From the NCBI GenBank assembly GCA_016939365.1, contig JAFGHD010000002.1, positions 72,787 to 136,786 on the forward strand: 64,000 nt of DNA, read 5' to 3'. The notes beneath the pieces are model-generated. The model saw only the letters and a program-made list of their open reading frames with translations. It was not told where the DNA came from and ran no database searches. Positions 53,672-63,185 of this stretch are shown one piece after another (within the stretch, counting starts at the first letter, position 1; every line of letters starts with the position of its first letter). The translations under genes and the position numbers were made by a program. This stretch comes from Bacteroidales bacterium. Lineage in GTDB: Bacteria; Bacteroidota; Bacteroidia; Bacteroidales; JAFGHD01.

Positions 53672-55077
53672 AACGTTTCACGTAACCTTAGAAGCATAAC
53701 GTTTTCCACATGATGGGTATGAGGGAACATATCCAGAGGTTGTGACATCACTGCATCAAACTTCGCGGCAAGCCTTGTCACATCGCGTGCCTGGGTGGCC
53801 GGATTGCAACTCACATATACTATTTTGTCCGGAGCAGCCGCCAGTATCTCCTTCAGCACATTGACATGCATTCCTGCCCTGGGGGGATCGGCAATGATGA
53901 CATCAGGCCTGTTTTGTTCGCCGAAATAATCCCCCTGAAAAAGCTTCTCGATATCAGCGGCCACGAATGAAATGTTATTCATGTGGTTGAGGCGCGCATT
54001 CATCCGGGCATGCTCCACCGCTTCCGGAACAGATTCAATTCCTGTTACATGTGCTGCATCCCTGCCAATGAAATGCGCAATCGTTCCGGTTCCCGAGTAC
54101 AGGTCAAATACGCGTTCCCTGCCCATCAGACCTGCAAATTCCCTGACTGTCCGGAAAAGTTCCAGCGCCTGCCTGGAGTTGGTCTGGAAGAAAGACAAAG
54201 GACCTATCAGAAATTTCAGGTCGTCCATCTCCTCAGTCATATAAGGTTCCCCATCATACAGTACCGGCTGAAGACCGGAGAGGGAATCGTTCCTCTTCAG
54301 GTTTACCGCATAGAACAGGGAGGTGATCTCCGGAAAGGATTCCCTGAGGAAGGCCATAAGAGGCAGAATAAGCTCCGGCTCATTGCGCCCAATTATCATC
54401 AGCACCATGAGACTGCCCGACAGGGTATTCCGGATGATCAGATTTCGCAAAAATCCTTCACCATTCCTGGCATCCCAGTGATCCAGCCCGGCCGATACCG
54501 CATAATTCCGAAGTGCATTGCGTATCATGCCGGAAGGTTCTTGTTGAAGATGGCATTCAGTGATATCCAATATCTTGTCGTACCTTCCGGGTACGTGAAA
54601 TCCCAGGCCGTTACTGTTCTGATCCTCTCCTCCCGGTTCATCCGTCCACTTCCGGTTCAGGAAAGTGAACTCGAGTTTGTTGCGATAATTAAAAATCTGC
54701 TTTGACGGAATAATGTCCCTGATCTCCGGAAGGCGAAACTTCCCGATACGGGTCAAGCTCTCAAGCACCTGTTTCTGCTTGAAGTAAAGCTGATCCTCAT
54801 ATTTCATCTGTTGCCACTTGCAGCCGCCACAAATACCGAAGTGTCTGCAGACAGGTTTCGTTCGGCGCGGGGAAGGACTCCGGATGGACAGTACCCTTCC
54901 CTCCATATACCGGCTTCTTTTCTTTACAATCTTTATATCCACGACATCCCCCGGCACCGCGAAGGGGACAAAGACAACCCGTTCACCGATACGGCCCACT
55001 GCCTTGCCTTCAGATCCTGCATCCGTCATCAGGACTTGATTGTAAATCAAATTTCCGGTTTCCCCCTTTTCTTTCAT
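53659..55077 (-). CDS. rlmD: 23S rRNA (uracil-C5)-methyltransferase RlmD/RumA
   Basis: TRAM domain, Fe-S cysteines CRHFGICGGCKWQQ, the SAM-binding motif DLYSGTGT, and DPPRAG plus VSCNP. Confidence 0.88.
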   Translation of the reverse strand: MKEKGETGNLIYNQVLMTDAGSEGKAVGRIGERVVFVPFAVPGDVVDIKIVKKRSRYMEGRVLSIRSPSPRRTKPVCRHFGICGGCKWQQMKYEDQLYFKQKQVLESLTRIGKFRLPEIRDIIPSKQIFNYRNKLEFTFLNRKWTDEPGGEDQNSNGLGFHVPGRYDKILDITECHLQQEPSGMIRNALRNYAVSAGLDHWDARNGEGFLRNLIIRNTLSGSLMVLMIIGRNEPELILPLMAFLRESFPEITSLFYAVNLKRNDSLSGLQPVLYDGEPYMTEEMDDLKFLIGPLSFFQTNSRQALELFRTVREFAGLMGRERVFDLYSGTGTIAHFIGRDAAHVTGIESVPEAVEHARMNARLNHMNNISFVAADIEKLFQGDYFGEQNRPDVIIADPPRAGMHVNVLKEILAAAPDKIVYVSCNPATQARDVTRLAAKFDAVMSQPLDMFPHTHHVENVMLLRLRETFQKQ

Positions 55078-55163
55078 AACATAACTGTAAAATTAACCAA
55101 AACCGGTTTGACAGCAGTAAGATGACATTTCATACATTTACATGACCTGAAGAAACAAAGGGG

Positions 55164-55472
55164 ATGTGGAAAGACCTGATCGTTTGGCTGGAAGAGCACC
55201 AGATGCCATGCATATACAAGCATTACCTGGGCATTGACTGCCCTGGATGCGGCATGCAGACCGCGCTGATTGAACTTCTCAAGGGAAATATCGGGGAAAG
55301 CCTGATCATTTACCCCCCTCTGATCCCCATCCTGCTGATGATTTGCCTGCTGATCGTCCATTTGGTTTTCCGTCTGAAAAAAGGTGCCCTTATGTTGAAG
55401 TATTTGTTTATATTTACTGCCTGTCTTGTTGTGGTCAACTATCTGGCCAAAACATTCTTTAATATCACCTGA
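55164..55472 (+). CDS. DUF2752 domain-containing membrane protein
   Basis: CIYKHYLGIDCPGCGMQTALIELLKGN followed by two TM helices. Confidence 0.7.
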   Translation: MWKDLIVWLEEHQMPCIYKHYLGIDCPGCGMQTALIELLKGNIGESLIIYPPLIPILLMICLLIVHLVFRLKKGALMLKYLFIFTACLVVVNYLAKTFFNIT

Positions 55473-55474
55473 TC

Positions 55475-55816
55475 ATGGAAGCCAAAGATCAAACCCAGAT
55501 ACAGCAGGTGTCCCTTCCCAACTCTACCATTGTTTTGGTCTTTGGGATCCTGTCGATCGCACTATGCTGGTGTCATGGATTTTTCGGTCTGATACTGGGT
55601 ATCGTTGCCCTTATTCTTGTCGGGAAAGACATGGCCCTTTACCAATCCAATCCAGATCACTACACACCGGTTTCGATCAGTAACACACGGACGGGAAGGA
55701 CGACTGCCATCATTGGGGTCATCCTGTCCTCCCTTTGGCTGGTTGTCGTCCTGATTTACCTACTCATTTTCGGAGCTGCATTCAGCCTGATACCCTGGGA
55801 ACTTTATATCGATTAA
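55475..55816 (+). CDS. Small membrane protein, DUF4190 / 'CCC-motif'-like (the motif here is CWC)
   Basis: TIVLVFGILSIALCWCHGFFGLILGIVALILVGKDMALYQSNPDHY...TGRTTAIIGVILS. It starts 3 nt after the DUF2752 gene stop. Confidence 0.55.
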   Translation: MEAKDQTQIQQVSLPNSTIVLVFGILSIALCWCHGFFGLILGIVALILVGKDMALYQSNPDHYTPVSISNTRTGRTTAIIGVILSSLWLVVVLIYLLIFGAAFSLIPWELYID

Positions 55817-55828
55817 TTTACAAGCCTT

Positions 55829-56326
55829 ATGGAAAACAACCAAACCATCGTTCAGCCCCAAAGGATTTACGCAGGATTCTGGTGGCGTTTTCTTGCCTAT
55901 CTGCTTGATTCAATTATTTTAGGTATTGTTGAATCGGTGATTATCATGCCCTTTCTTGTCCTGATGGGTGTCTCGGTATTCACCGCCGGGCAGCAGGATA
56001 TGAATTTTGAGGAGGCGGCTCCTCTACTGATCCCCCTCTTCATGGCCTATTTCTTTGTGATTATCATCCTCCTTGTGGTGCAATGGCTCTATTTTGCCCT
56101 TATGGAATCATCACGGCACCAAGGTACCGTGGGCAAACTGGTGATCAAAATCAAGGTCACTGACATGAACGGCAACAGGATTACTTTCGCCAGGGCAACC
56201 GGCAGATATTTCGCCAAGATCATTTCCGGGATGATTCTCATGATCGGCTATATTCTTGCCGGGATCACGGAAAAAAAACAGGCACTTCATGATATGATAG
56301 CTGGCTGCCTGGTGTTCAAGGATTAG
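55829..56326 (+). CDS. RDD family membrane protein
   Basis: YAGFWWRFLAYLLDSIILG and ...QALHDMIAGCLV are the RDD-domain hallmarks. Confidence 0.75.
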   Translation: MENNQTIVQPQRIYAGFWWRFLAYLLDSIILGIVESVIIMPFLVLMGVSVFTAGQQDMNFEEAAPLLIPLFMAYFFVIIILLVVQWLYFALMESSRHQGTVGKLVIKIKVTDMNGNRITFARATGRYFAKIISGMILMIGYILAGITEKKQALHDMIAGCLVFKD

Positions 56327-56387
56327 TTCCTGAATCACCGGTTGTTTAAAACTGATCCGGGAACCGGATTCAATCATTTTGATACAG

Positions 56388-57932
56388 ATGAAAATTCTTT
56401 CCGTTCAGAAGATCCGCGAAGCGGATGCATACACCATCCTCCATGAGTCCATAGCTGACTACGACCTTATGGAACGGGCGGCTGGCGTTATGTTCGAATG
56501 GTGTTACAAGCACATCCCGTCGGATAAGACCATCAGCATCATTTGCGGAACCGGCAATAACGGTGGAGATGGACTTGCACTCGGGAGAATGCTGGCAGGA
56601 AAAGGCTACAGAATTACCTTATATTTCATTCGCTTTTCAGACAAGATATCTCCCAGTTGCAGTCATAACCTTTCAAGGATCATGCAGATAAGGGAGGTCG
56701 CGACTCATGAAATCACCGCCGGATCGGAAGTGCCGGATTTTGCCGGTACAGATATCATCGTTGATGCATTGTTCGGCTCGGGATTATCCAAACCGGTGAC
56801 GGGTCTCCCTGCCGAGATCATCGACAGGATCAACCGTTCCGGTGCGATTGTGATTGCAGTGGATGTTCCTTCAGGTTTCTTCTGTGATCAGACAAACCAA
56901 CCACACCACAAAACCATTGTCCGTGCTGATTATACCCTTACCCTCCAGTTCCCCAAGCTGGGATTCATGTTTCCGGAAAATGATGATTTTGTAGGAAAAT
57001 GGGAGGTTTTGCCCATTGGCCTCCATCCTGAATTCATCAGGGATGTGGAGGTCACGAATTACTATACCACTCTGGATGAAGCCCGGGGTATGATCCGGAG
57101 GAGGAAGAAATTCTCCCACAAAGGCACATACGGTCATGGGTTGCTCATTTCCGGCTCATACGGGAAGATGGGGGCTGCCGTTCTGGGGGCTGCCGCTGCC
57201 ATGCGCTCAGGGGCGGGCCTGATAACGGTTCACGTTCCCGCAAGGGGTTATGACATCGTACAGACTGCTGTTCCTGAAGCCATGGTAAGTATCGACACTG
57301 ATGAGATGATGACCAAAAACCTGCCGGATCTCTCACGATACTCAGCGGTGGCAGCAGGACCCGGGATCGGAACCCATCATGAAACCGCTCTCATCATCAA
57401 GAGACTCATTCAGGATTGTTCCATCCCCCTGATATTCGATGCAGATGCTTTAAACATCCTGAGCGAAAACCCGACCTGGACGGCCTTTCTGAGACCCGGA
57501 ACGATCATCACGCCACATCCGAAGGAGTTTGAGAGAATTGCCGGCCGGTGGGGCGATGATTTCGAACGGATACAAAAACAAAGGGAGCTTTCCATTAAGT
57601 ACGGTATTTACATTGTGCTCAAGGGTGCCCATACTTCGGTCACGTTCCCTGATGGCAGCTGCCATTTCAATTCCACCGGCAATCCGGGCATGGCTACCGG
57701 TGGCAGCGGGGATATCCTGACAGGTATCTTACTGGGACTGATGTCACAGGGTTATCCGGCAGCTCAGGCATGCCTCCTCTCCACATTCCTCCATGGGCTC
57801 GCAGGTGATATGGCTGCCGCTCATACAGGCTATGAGGCACTTACCGCCGGTGATCTGATCAGCCACCTGGGAAAGGCTTTTCTTAGGGTTCATGCTGCGG
57901 AAGATTCTGCGGAAAACTTGACGAAATCCTGA
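56388..57932 (+). CDS. nnr: Bifunctional NAD(P)H-hydrate repair enzyme Nnr (epimerase + ADP-dependent dehydratase; YjeF)
   Basis: YjeF_N motifs GTGNNGGDGLA and DALFGSGL. Carbohydrate-kinase part GPGIGT, GNPGMATGGSGDILTG. ATG at 56388. Confidence 0.88.
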   Translation: MKILSVQKIREADAYTILHESIADYDLMERAAGVMFEWCYKHIPSDKTISIICGTGNNGGDGLALGRMLAGKGYRITLYFIRFSDKISPSCSHNLSRIMQIREVATHEITAGSEVPDFAGTDIIVDALFGSGLSKPVTGLPAEIIDRINRSGAIVIAVDVPSGFFCDQTNQPHHKTIVRADYTLTLQFPKLGFMFPENDDFVGKWEVLPIGLHPEFIRDVEVTNYYTTLDEARGMIRRRKKFSHKGTYGHGLLISGSYGKMGAAVLGAAAAMRSGAGLITVHVPARGYDIVQTAVPEAMVSIDTDEMMTKNLPDLSRYSAVAAGPGIGTHHETALIIKRLIQDCSIPLIFDADALNILSENPTWTAFLRPGTIITPHPKEFERIAGRWGDDFERIQKQRELSIKYGIYIVLKGAHTSVTFPDGSCHFNSTGNPGMATGGSGDILTGILLGLMSQGYPAAQACLLSTFLHGLAGDMAAAHTGYEALTAGDLISHLGKAFLRVHAAEDSAENLTKS

Positions 57933-57958
57933 AATCAAGGACTGAATCAATAAAAAAA

Positions 57959-59818
57959 TCAGGCCACTTTGGGGCTTTCCAGGATATCTTCCTCCACACG
58001 GAGGTTTTCAATAATGAAATGCTGGCGTTCCGGTGTATTCTTGCCCATGTAAAATGAAAGGATCTCCTTGATCAAGGATTCTTTTTTTAGGAAGACCGGG
58101 TCAAGTCGCATGGAGGTACCGATGAAATATCTGAACTCGTCAGGGGATATCTCTCCCAGGCCCTTAAACCTGGTAATCTCCGGATTTGCTCCCAGTTCAC
58201 CTACCGCTGTATTCTTTTCCTCATCCGAATAACAATACACGGTCTTTTTCCTGTTTCGCACCCTGAACAAGGGTGTCTGCAGGATATAAATGTGTCCTGC
58301 CTTGACCAGCTCCGGGAAGAACTGAAGAAAGAAGGTCAGCAGGAGAAGGCGGATGTGCATACCATCCACATCGGCATCGGTAGCGATCACCACATGGTTA
58401 TACCTGAGATTCTCCAGACCCTCATCGATATTCAGGGCAGATTGGAGCAGATTGAACTCCTCATTCTGGTAAACGATCTTTTTACTCAATCCGAAACAGT
58501 TCAGGGGTTTGCCCTTGAGGCTGAACACAGCCTGGGTATTGACATCCCGTGATTTGGTAATGGATCCGCTGGCAGAATCCCCCTCTGTGATGAAAATTGT
58601 GGACTCCAGCCTGCGTTCGTGGTTTGTATTGTAATGTATCTTGCAATCCCTCAACTTCTTATTATGCAGACTGGCCTTTTTAACGCTCTCACGGGCTAGT
58701 TTTTTAATATTGTCGAGTTCTTTTCTCTCGCGCTGAGACTGGAGTATTTTGTGATAGAGCGCTTCTGCGGTTTCCGGATGCTTGTGCAGGTAGTTGTCAA
58801 GGTTGCGCTTGACGACGTCATGGATGTAGTTTCGGATGGTCGGTCCTCCTGGCTCCATGTGCTGGGAGCCCAGCTTGGTCTTTGTCTGGGATTCGAAGAT
58901 CGGCTCGGTGATCTTAATGCTCATGGCAGCAATCATCGAGGTTCTGATATCACTCGTATCGAAATCCTTGTTGTAGAACTCTCGTATCGTTTTTACCACA
59001 GCCTCCCTGAATGCAGCCTGGTGTGTGCCGCCCTGGGGGGTGAATTGACCGTTTACAAAGCTGTGGTATTCCTCGCTGTACTGCTTACCGCTGTGTGTGA
59101 AGGCAAATTCAAGGTCATCCTCGGTGATGTGTATGATCGGATATAAAATATTTCCGTTCCCGTTCAGGTTCTTCTCCATCAGGTCCAACAGGCCGTTTTT
59201 GGCAAAGATCCTTTCCCCGTTGAAGAGAATCGTCAGACCGGAATTCAGAAACGCATAGTTCCAGAGAAGTTTTTCGACATACTCGCTGATGAAATGGAAA
59301 TTGCCGAATAATTGCCTGTCGGGTGTGAAGGTAATGATCGTCCCGGGTTTCAATTCACAGTCCATTTCCGGATGGTCCTTTTCCAGGACGCCTCTGGAAT
59401 ACTCAATGATTTTCGTTCTCCGGTCCCTGATCGATTGAGCGGTGAAGGAGGATGCAAGTGCATTGACCGCCTTGGCTCCCACACCATTCAGTCCCACCGC
59501 CTTTTTGAAAACCTTTGAATCGTATTTGGCACCTGTATTGATTCGTGAGACGCAGTCGGCCACCTTGCCCAGGGGGATACCCCTCCCGTAATCCCTGACC
59601 CTTACCTGTGATTCATGGATATCCACCTCTACCGTTTTGCCGAACCCCATCACGAACTCGTCGATGGCGTTATCGACGATCTCCTTGATCAGCACGTATA
59701 TCCCATCGTCCTGAGAAGCACCATCCCCCAGCTTCCCGATATACATCCCGGGGCGCATCCTGATATGTTCACGCCATTCCAGTGAACGGATACTCTCTTC
59801 TGAATACCTTTCCGACAC
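57959..59818 (-). CDS. parE: DNA topoisomerase IV subunit B (type IIA topoisomerase ATPase subunit)
   Basis: [16 protein letters not shown], the GHKL ATPase motifs ([18 protein letters not shown]), Toprim (ITEGDSASG) and [12 protein letters not shown]. The 619-aa length fits ParE rather than GyrB in Bacteroidetes. GTG start. Confidence 0.85.
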   Translation of the reverse strand: MSERYSEESIRSLEWREHIRMRPGMYIGKLGDGASQDDGIYVLIKEIVDNAIDEFVMGFGKTVEVDIHESQVRVRDYGRGIPLGKVADCVSRINTGAKYDSKVFKKAVGLNGVGAKAVNALASSFTAQSIRDRRTKIIEYSRGVLEKDHPEMDCELKPGTIITFTPDRQLFGNFHFISEYVEKLLWNYAFLNSGLTILFNGERIFAKNGLLDLMEKNLNGNGNILYPIIHITEDDLEFAFTHSGKQYSEEYHSFVNGQFTPQGGTHQAAFREAVVKTIREFYNKDFDTSDIRTSMIAAMSIKITEPIFESQTKTKLGSQHMEPGGPTIRNYIHDVVKRNLDNYLHKHPETAEALYHKILQSQRERKELDNIKKLARESVKKASLHNKKLRDCKIHYNTNHERRLESTIFITEGDSASGSITKSRDVNTQAVFSLKGKPLNCFGLSKKIVYQNEEFNLLQSALNIDEGLENLRYNHVVIATDADVDGMHIRLLLLTFFLQFFPELVKAGHIYILQTPLFRVRNRKKTVYCYSDEEKNTAVGELGANPEITRFKGLGEISPDEFRYFIGTSMRLDPVFLKKESLIKEILSFYMGKNTPERQHFIIENLRVEEDILESPKVA

Positions 59819-59837
59819 GACAGACTCGTTTAAAGTA

Positions 59838-59845
59838 CAAATTTA
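59838..59845 (-). promoter_or_regulatory. Candidate -7 motif (TAAATTTG on the minus strand) upstream of parE
   Basis: The plus strand reads CAAATTTA, 20 nt upstream of the start at 59818. Confidence 0.3.
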
Positions 59846-59941
59846 TCCAAACACATTCTGCATTGCAGAGCCATCCCTAAAAACTTATCAAGGGGCGGAT
59901 GTTAATAAAAACCAATGATCGGAGTGTTTTCTGGCACAGGA

Positions 59942-60592
59942 TCAACGCATGTCGATCACTTCCACATCAGGATGTTCTGAGGGTACAAACCTGAACTCGC
60001 TTTCGTCAACAGGAACATTGGCCTGAAAAATCGCGATGATATAGGAATAGGTACTGCCGTTCTTGTCAAATATGGTAAAATCAAGAATCTGGGATTTATC
60101 CTTATCGATGGTAATTCTGATCTTGTAGTAAGATTTTCCCTCGACAGGTGTGAGGTCGATCACTTCGGCTGTAGTGCCATAGAGGAATGTTTCGCGGATG
60201 AATTTGGAACGATAATCTTCATCATAGGATGACAGGAGATTGGCCGGAGAAAGCGTTTCCTCGCCTTCTCCGACAGAATTCACCTGAACCTCCTGCGCGT
60301 CTGCCAGGTATGTCCAGAGGGTTTCGCCGTTGCTGATCACGAGTTGACCGGCTATTTCCAGCCGGTACTTATCGCCCTTGACCAGAAGTGTTCCACTTTT
60401 GCTTTCATCGATGCCCGCCTCTCTGTTTTCCATTTTATATGTGAACTCTGCCCTGAAAGAGGTATAGGTCTCCGTTTTTTTCCTGACTGCATTCAGTATT
60501 TCAATGGATCGTTTGTCGCCCTTTTCCTCTACCTGGGCATATGATGATGTGAAGAGAAGCAGGAGGAAGAGTGCCGGCAGTGGTCTTTTCAT
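59942..60592 (-). CDS. lolA: Outer-membrane lipoprotein carrier protein LolA family
   Basis: Signal MKRPLPALFLLLLFTSSYAQ. TSFRAEFTYKMENREAGIDESKSGTLLVKGDKYRLE. It lies immediately downstream of ftsK, the conserved pairing. Confidence 0.8.
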   Translation of the reverse strand: MKRPLPALFLLLLFTSSYAQVEEKGDKRSIEILNAVRKKTETYTSFRAEFTYKMENREAGIDESKSGTLLVKGDKYRLEIAGQLVISNGETLWTYLADAQEVQVNSVGEGEETLSPANLLSSYDEDYRSKFIRETFLYGTTAEVIDLTPVEGKSYYKIRITIDKDKSQILDFTIFDKNGSTYSYIIAIFQANVPVDESEFRFVPSEHPDVEVIDMR

Positions 60593-60599
60593 TATTGTT

Positions 60600-63050
60600 T
60601 CAAATGTGGGTTGTATCATTAATATCCCTCAAATATTGTTCCAAAGCCATTTCATTCGCAATTTTCACTTCCCTGGCCTTGCTTCCCTCGAAGGGTCCCA
60701 CGATTCCGGCGGCTTCCAGCTGATCAATGATCCGTCCTGCACGATTGTATCCCAGCTTCAGCTTTCTTTGGAGCAATGATGTAGATCCCTGCTGGGTCTG
60801 CACTATGATTCGGGCAGCATCCTCAAACAATTCGTCGCGTTCATTGGGATCATAATCATCCGGCCTTTCCGACTCAGTATCTTCGAATTCAGGCAGATGG
60901 TAGGCATCCGGATATCCCCGCTGTGACCCGATAAAATCGGTGATCCGTTCAACCTCGGGAGTGTCCACAAAGGCGCACTGCAACCTGATCAGGTCGTTAC
61001 CAGTGGAAAACAGCATATCCCCCCGGCCGATCAACTGGTCGGCACCGCTGGTATCCAGGATGGTCCTGGAATCAATTTTGGAGATCACCCGGAAGGCGAC
61101 ACGTGCCGGGAAATTGGCTTTTATGGAACCGGTAATGATATTCACTGATGGCCTCTGTGTGGCGATGATCAGGTGAATTCCGACTGCCCTTGCCAGCTGC
61201 GCCAGCCTCGTGATGGGTCCTTCGATCTCCTTCCCTGCTGTCATGATCAGATCGGCAAATTCATCAATGACCAAAACGATATATGGAAGAAACCGGTGTC
61301 CGTGCAGTGGATTCAGTTTCCTTGCCTTGAATTTGACATTATATTCCTTGATATTCCGCACCTGGGCATCCTTGAAGAGCTCATAGCGGTTGTCCATCTC
61401 AATACCCAGCGAATTCAGGGTCCTGACGACCTTGCGGGTATCGGTAATGATGGCTTCTTCAGAATCAGGCAGCTTGGCGAGGAAATGACGTTCGATCTTT
61501 GAGTAAAGTGTAAGCTCTACTTTCTTCGGATCGACCATGACGAACTTTAGCTCGGAGGGATGCTTCCTGTATAACAGCGAGGTAATGATCGCGTTCAGCC
61601 CTACCGACTTGCCCTGCCCTGTCGCTCCGGCCATGAGGATATGCGGCATCCTGGACAGGTCTTGAATGTATGACTCGCTGGATATGGTCTTGCCGATGCC
61701 GAAAGGAAGATCGGCACGGCTGGATCGGAATTTATCCGACGCAAGTACCGATTTCATTGATACGATCTCAGGATTCTGGTTTGGGACTTCAATACCTATT
61801 GTTCCCTTTCCCGGTATCGGTGCGATGATCCGGATGCCAAGAGCTGAAAGGCTCAGGGCGATATCATCCTCAAGGTTTTTGATCCTCGATATCCGGATGC
61901 CCGGGGCGGGCACGATCTCATATAATGTCACCGTAGGCCCGATCGTTGCCTTGATCTTTTGTATCTCAATGGAATAGTTGCCGAGGGTCTCCACAATGCG
62001 TTTTTTGTTCCGCTCCAGCTCCTCCTTCTGCACCGATCCCGAATCGCTGCCATAATCCTCCAGAAGTTCCAGCACGGGGAAGACATATGACGGAAGGTCA
62101 AGCGTGGGATCATACGGATCGTCAGAAACGTGTTTTTCTGTCGGCTCATCTTCGCCATCCGGGGAACGAATATCTTTCTCCGATCCAGCCGGATTTTCAA
62201 CGATCAGCTCCACATCACGGTACAATTCAGGTGTATCTGCATCGCCAGGATCCGGATCATTCACCTCGCCGATTACCGGCTCAACGATGCCGGAATCTGC
62301 AATATCCATTTCATTCGTTTCATCGCCGGTATCGGATTCCGCGTCATGCAGTGAACTCTCCGGCTCAAGAATATCTTTATCCGTGGAAACCGGATCCCCG
62401 TCTTCCTGATCGCGGGAATGAGGGTTCCTTCTCAGGAAAAACCGCAGAAAACGAAATGAAAAGTTATACTGCAGAATTAAAAAACTGGTCAAAACAAAAA
62501 GAAGCAACAGGCCTGTTCCGATCTTTCCGAGCAGTTGAACAAGCCAGATTGAAAGCTGCCTGCCTACCCCCCCCCCCAGAACCGCCAGTGTATCATGGTT
62601 ACCGAAAAGAAATCCGAAGGTCGCACAAAACCAAACAAGTGCAAGCAGGGACATTCTGGCTGTTTTACCGGGTGGCAGCAGTGAAAAACCGGAAAGCAGC
62701 TTCACCCCCCAGACCAGGAGCAGGGGTATAAGGGCAAAAGCTGCCAGGCCAAACCATCGCTCAATGAATAGCTTTGAAACAGCCCTTCCGGCCGAGCCAA
62801 TCCAGTTCTCAGGGTGGCTTCCCGAAGGGATTGCCTGGTCAGCCTGCCATGTAAAAAAAAAGGAAATAAAAGCCACAGCCATTGCCAGGGAGGCAATGGT
62901 CAGAAATAACCCCAGAATTCTGTGGAATTTCGGATTACTCAGCAATGACCAGACAGATTTGAAAAACCCCTTCAAGCCGGATTTCGATCTTTTGGTTTTG
63001 CCTTTTGAAGCGCTCTTGTTACTTTCAGTCCTGGTTTTATTTGCTTTCAT
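60600..63050 (-). CDS. ftsK: DNA translocase FtsK/SpoIIIE
   Basis: N-terminal TM segments, an acidic linker, the motor domain HILMAGATGQGKSVGLNAIITSLL and VLVIDEFADL, and the C-terminal gamma (wHTH) domain SLLQRKLKLGYNRAGRIIDQLE. Confidence 0.93.
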   Translation of the reverse strand: MKANKTRTESNKSASKGKTKRSKSGLKGFFKSVWSLLSNPKFHRILGLFLTIASLAMAVAFISFFFTWQADQAIPSGSHPENWIGSAGRAVSKLFIERWFGLAAFALIPLLLVWGVKLLSGFSLLPPGKTARMSLLALVWFCATFGFLFGNHDTLAVLGGGVGRQLSIWLVQLLGKIGTGLLLLFVLTSFLILQYNFSFRFLRFFLRRNPHSRDQEDGDPVSTDKDILEPESSLHDAESDTGDETNEMDIADSGIVEPVIGEVNDPDPGDADTPELYRDVELIVENPAGSEKDIRSPDGEDEPTEKHVSDDPYDPTLDLPSYVFPVLELLEDYGSDSGSVQKEELERNKKRIVETLGNYSIEIQKIKATIGPTVTLYEIVPAPGIRISRIKNLEDDIALSLSALGIRIIAPIPGKGTIGIEVPNQNPEIVSMKSVLASDKFRSSRADLPFGIGKTISSESYIQDLSRMPHILMAGATGQGKSVGLNAIITSLLYRKHPSELKFVMVDPKKVELTLYSKIERHFLAKLPDSEEAIITDTRKVVRTLNSLGIEMDNRYELFKDAQVRNIKEYNVKFKARKLNPLHGHRFLPYIVLVIDEFADLIMTAGKEIEGPITRLAQLARAVGIHLIIATQRPSVNIITGSIKANFPARVAFRVISKIDSRTILDTSGADQLIGRGDMLFSTGNDLIRLQCAFVDTPEVERITDFIGSQRGYPDAYHLPEFEDTESERPDDYDPNERDELFEDAARIIVQTQQGSTSLLQRKLKLGYNRAGRIIDQLEAAGIVGPFEGSKAREVKIANEMALEQYLRDINDTTHI

Positions 63051-63086
63051 TCATTTCTGAATACAGACCCTTTGAGGGATGCGCGA

Positions 63087-63094
63087 CAAAGGTA
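63087..63094 (-). promoter_or_regulatory. Candidate -7 motif (TACCTTTG on the minus strand) upstream of ftsK
   Basis: The plus strand reads CAAAGGTA, 37 nt upstream of the start at 63050. Confidence 0.3.
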
Positions 63095-63185
63095 ATATGA
63101 AATGGCGTGTCCGCAATAAACCCGGAGGTGGACGCAGGACGCTGAAAAAGAAATTTGACTTACACTAATTAATTATTCCGGCAGC

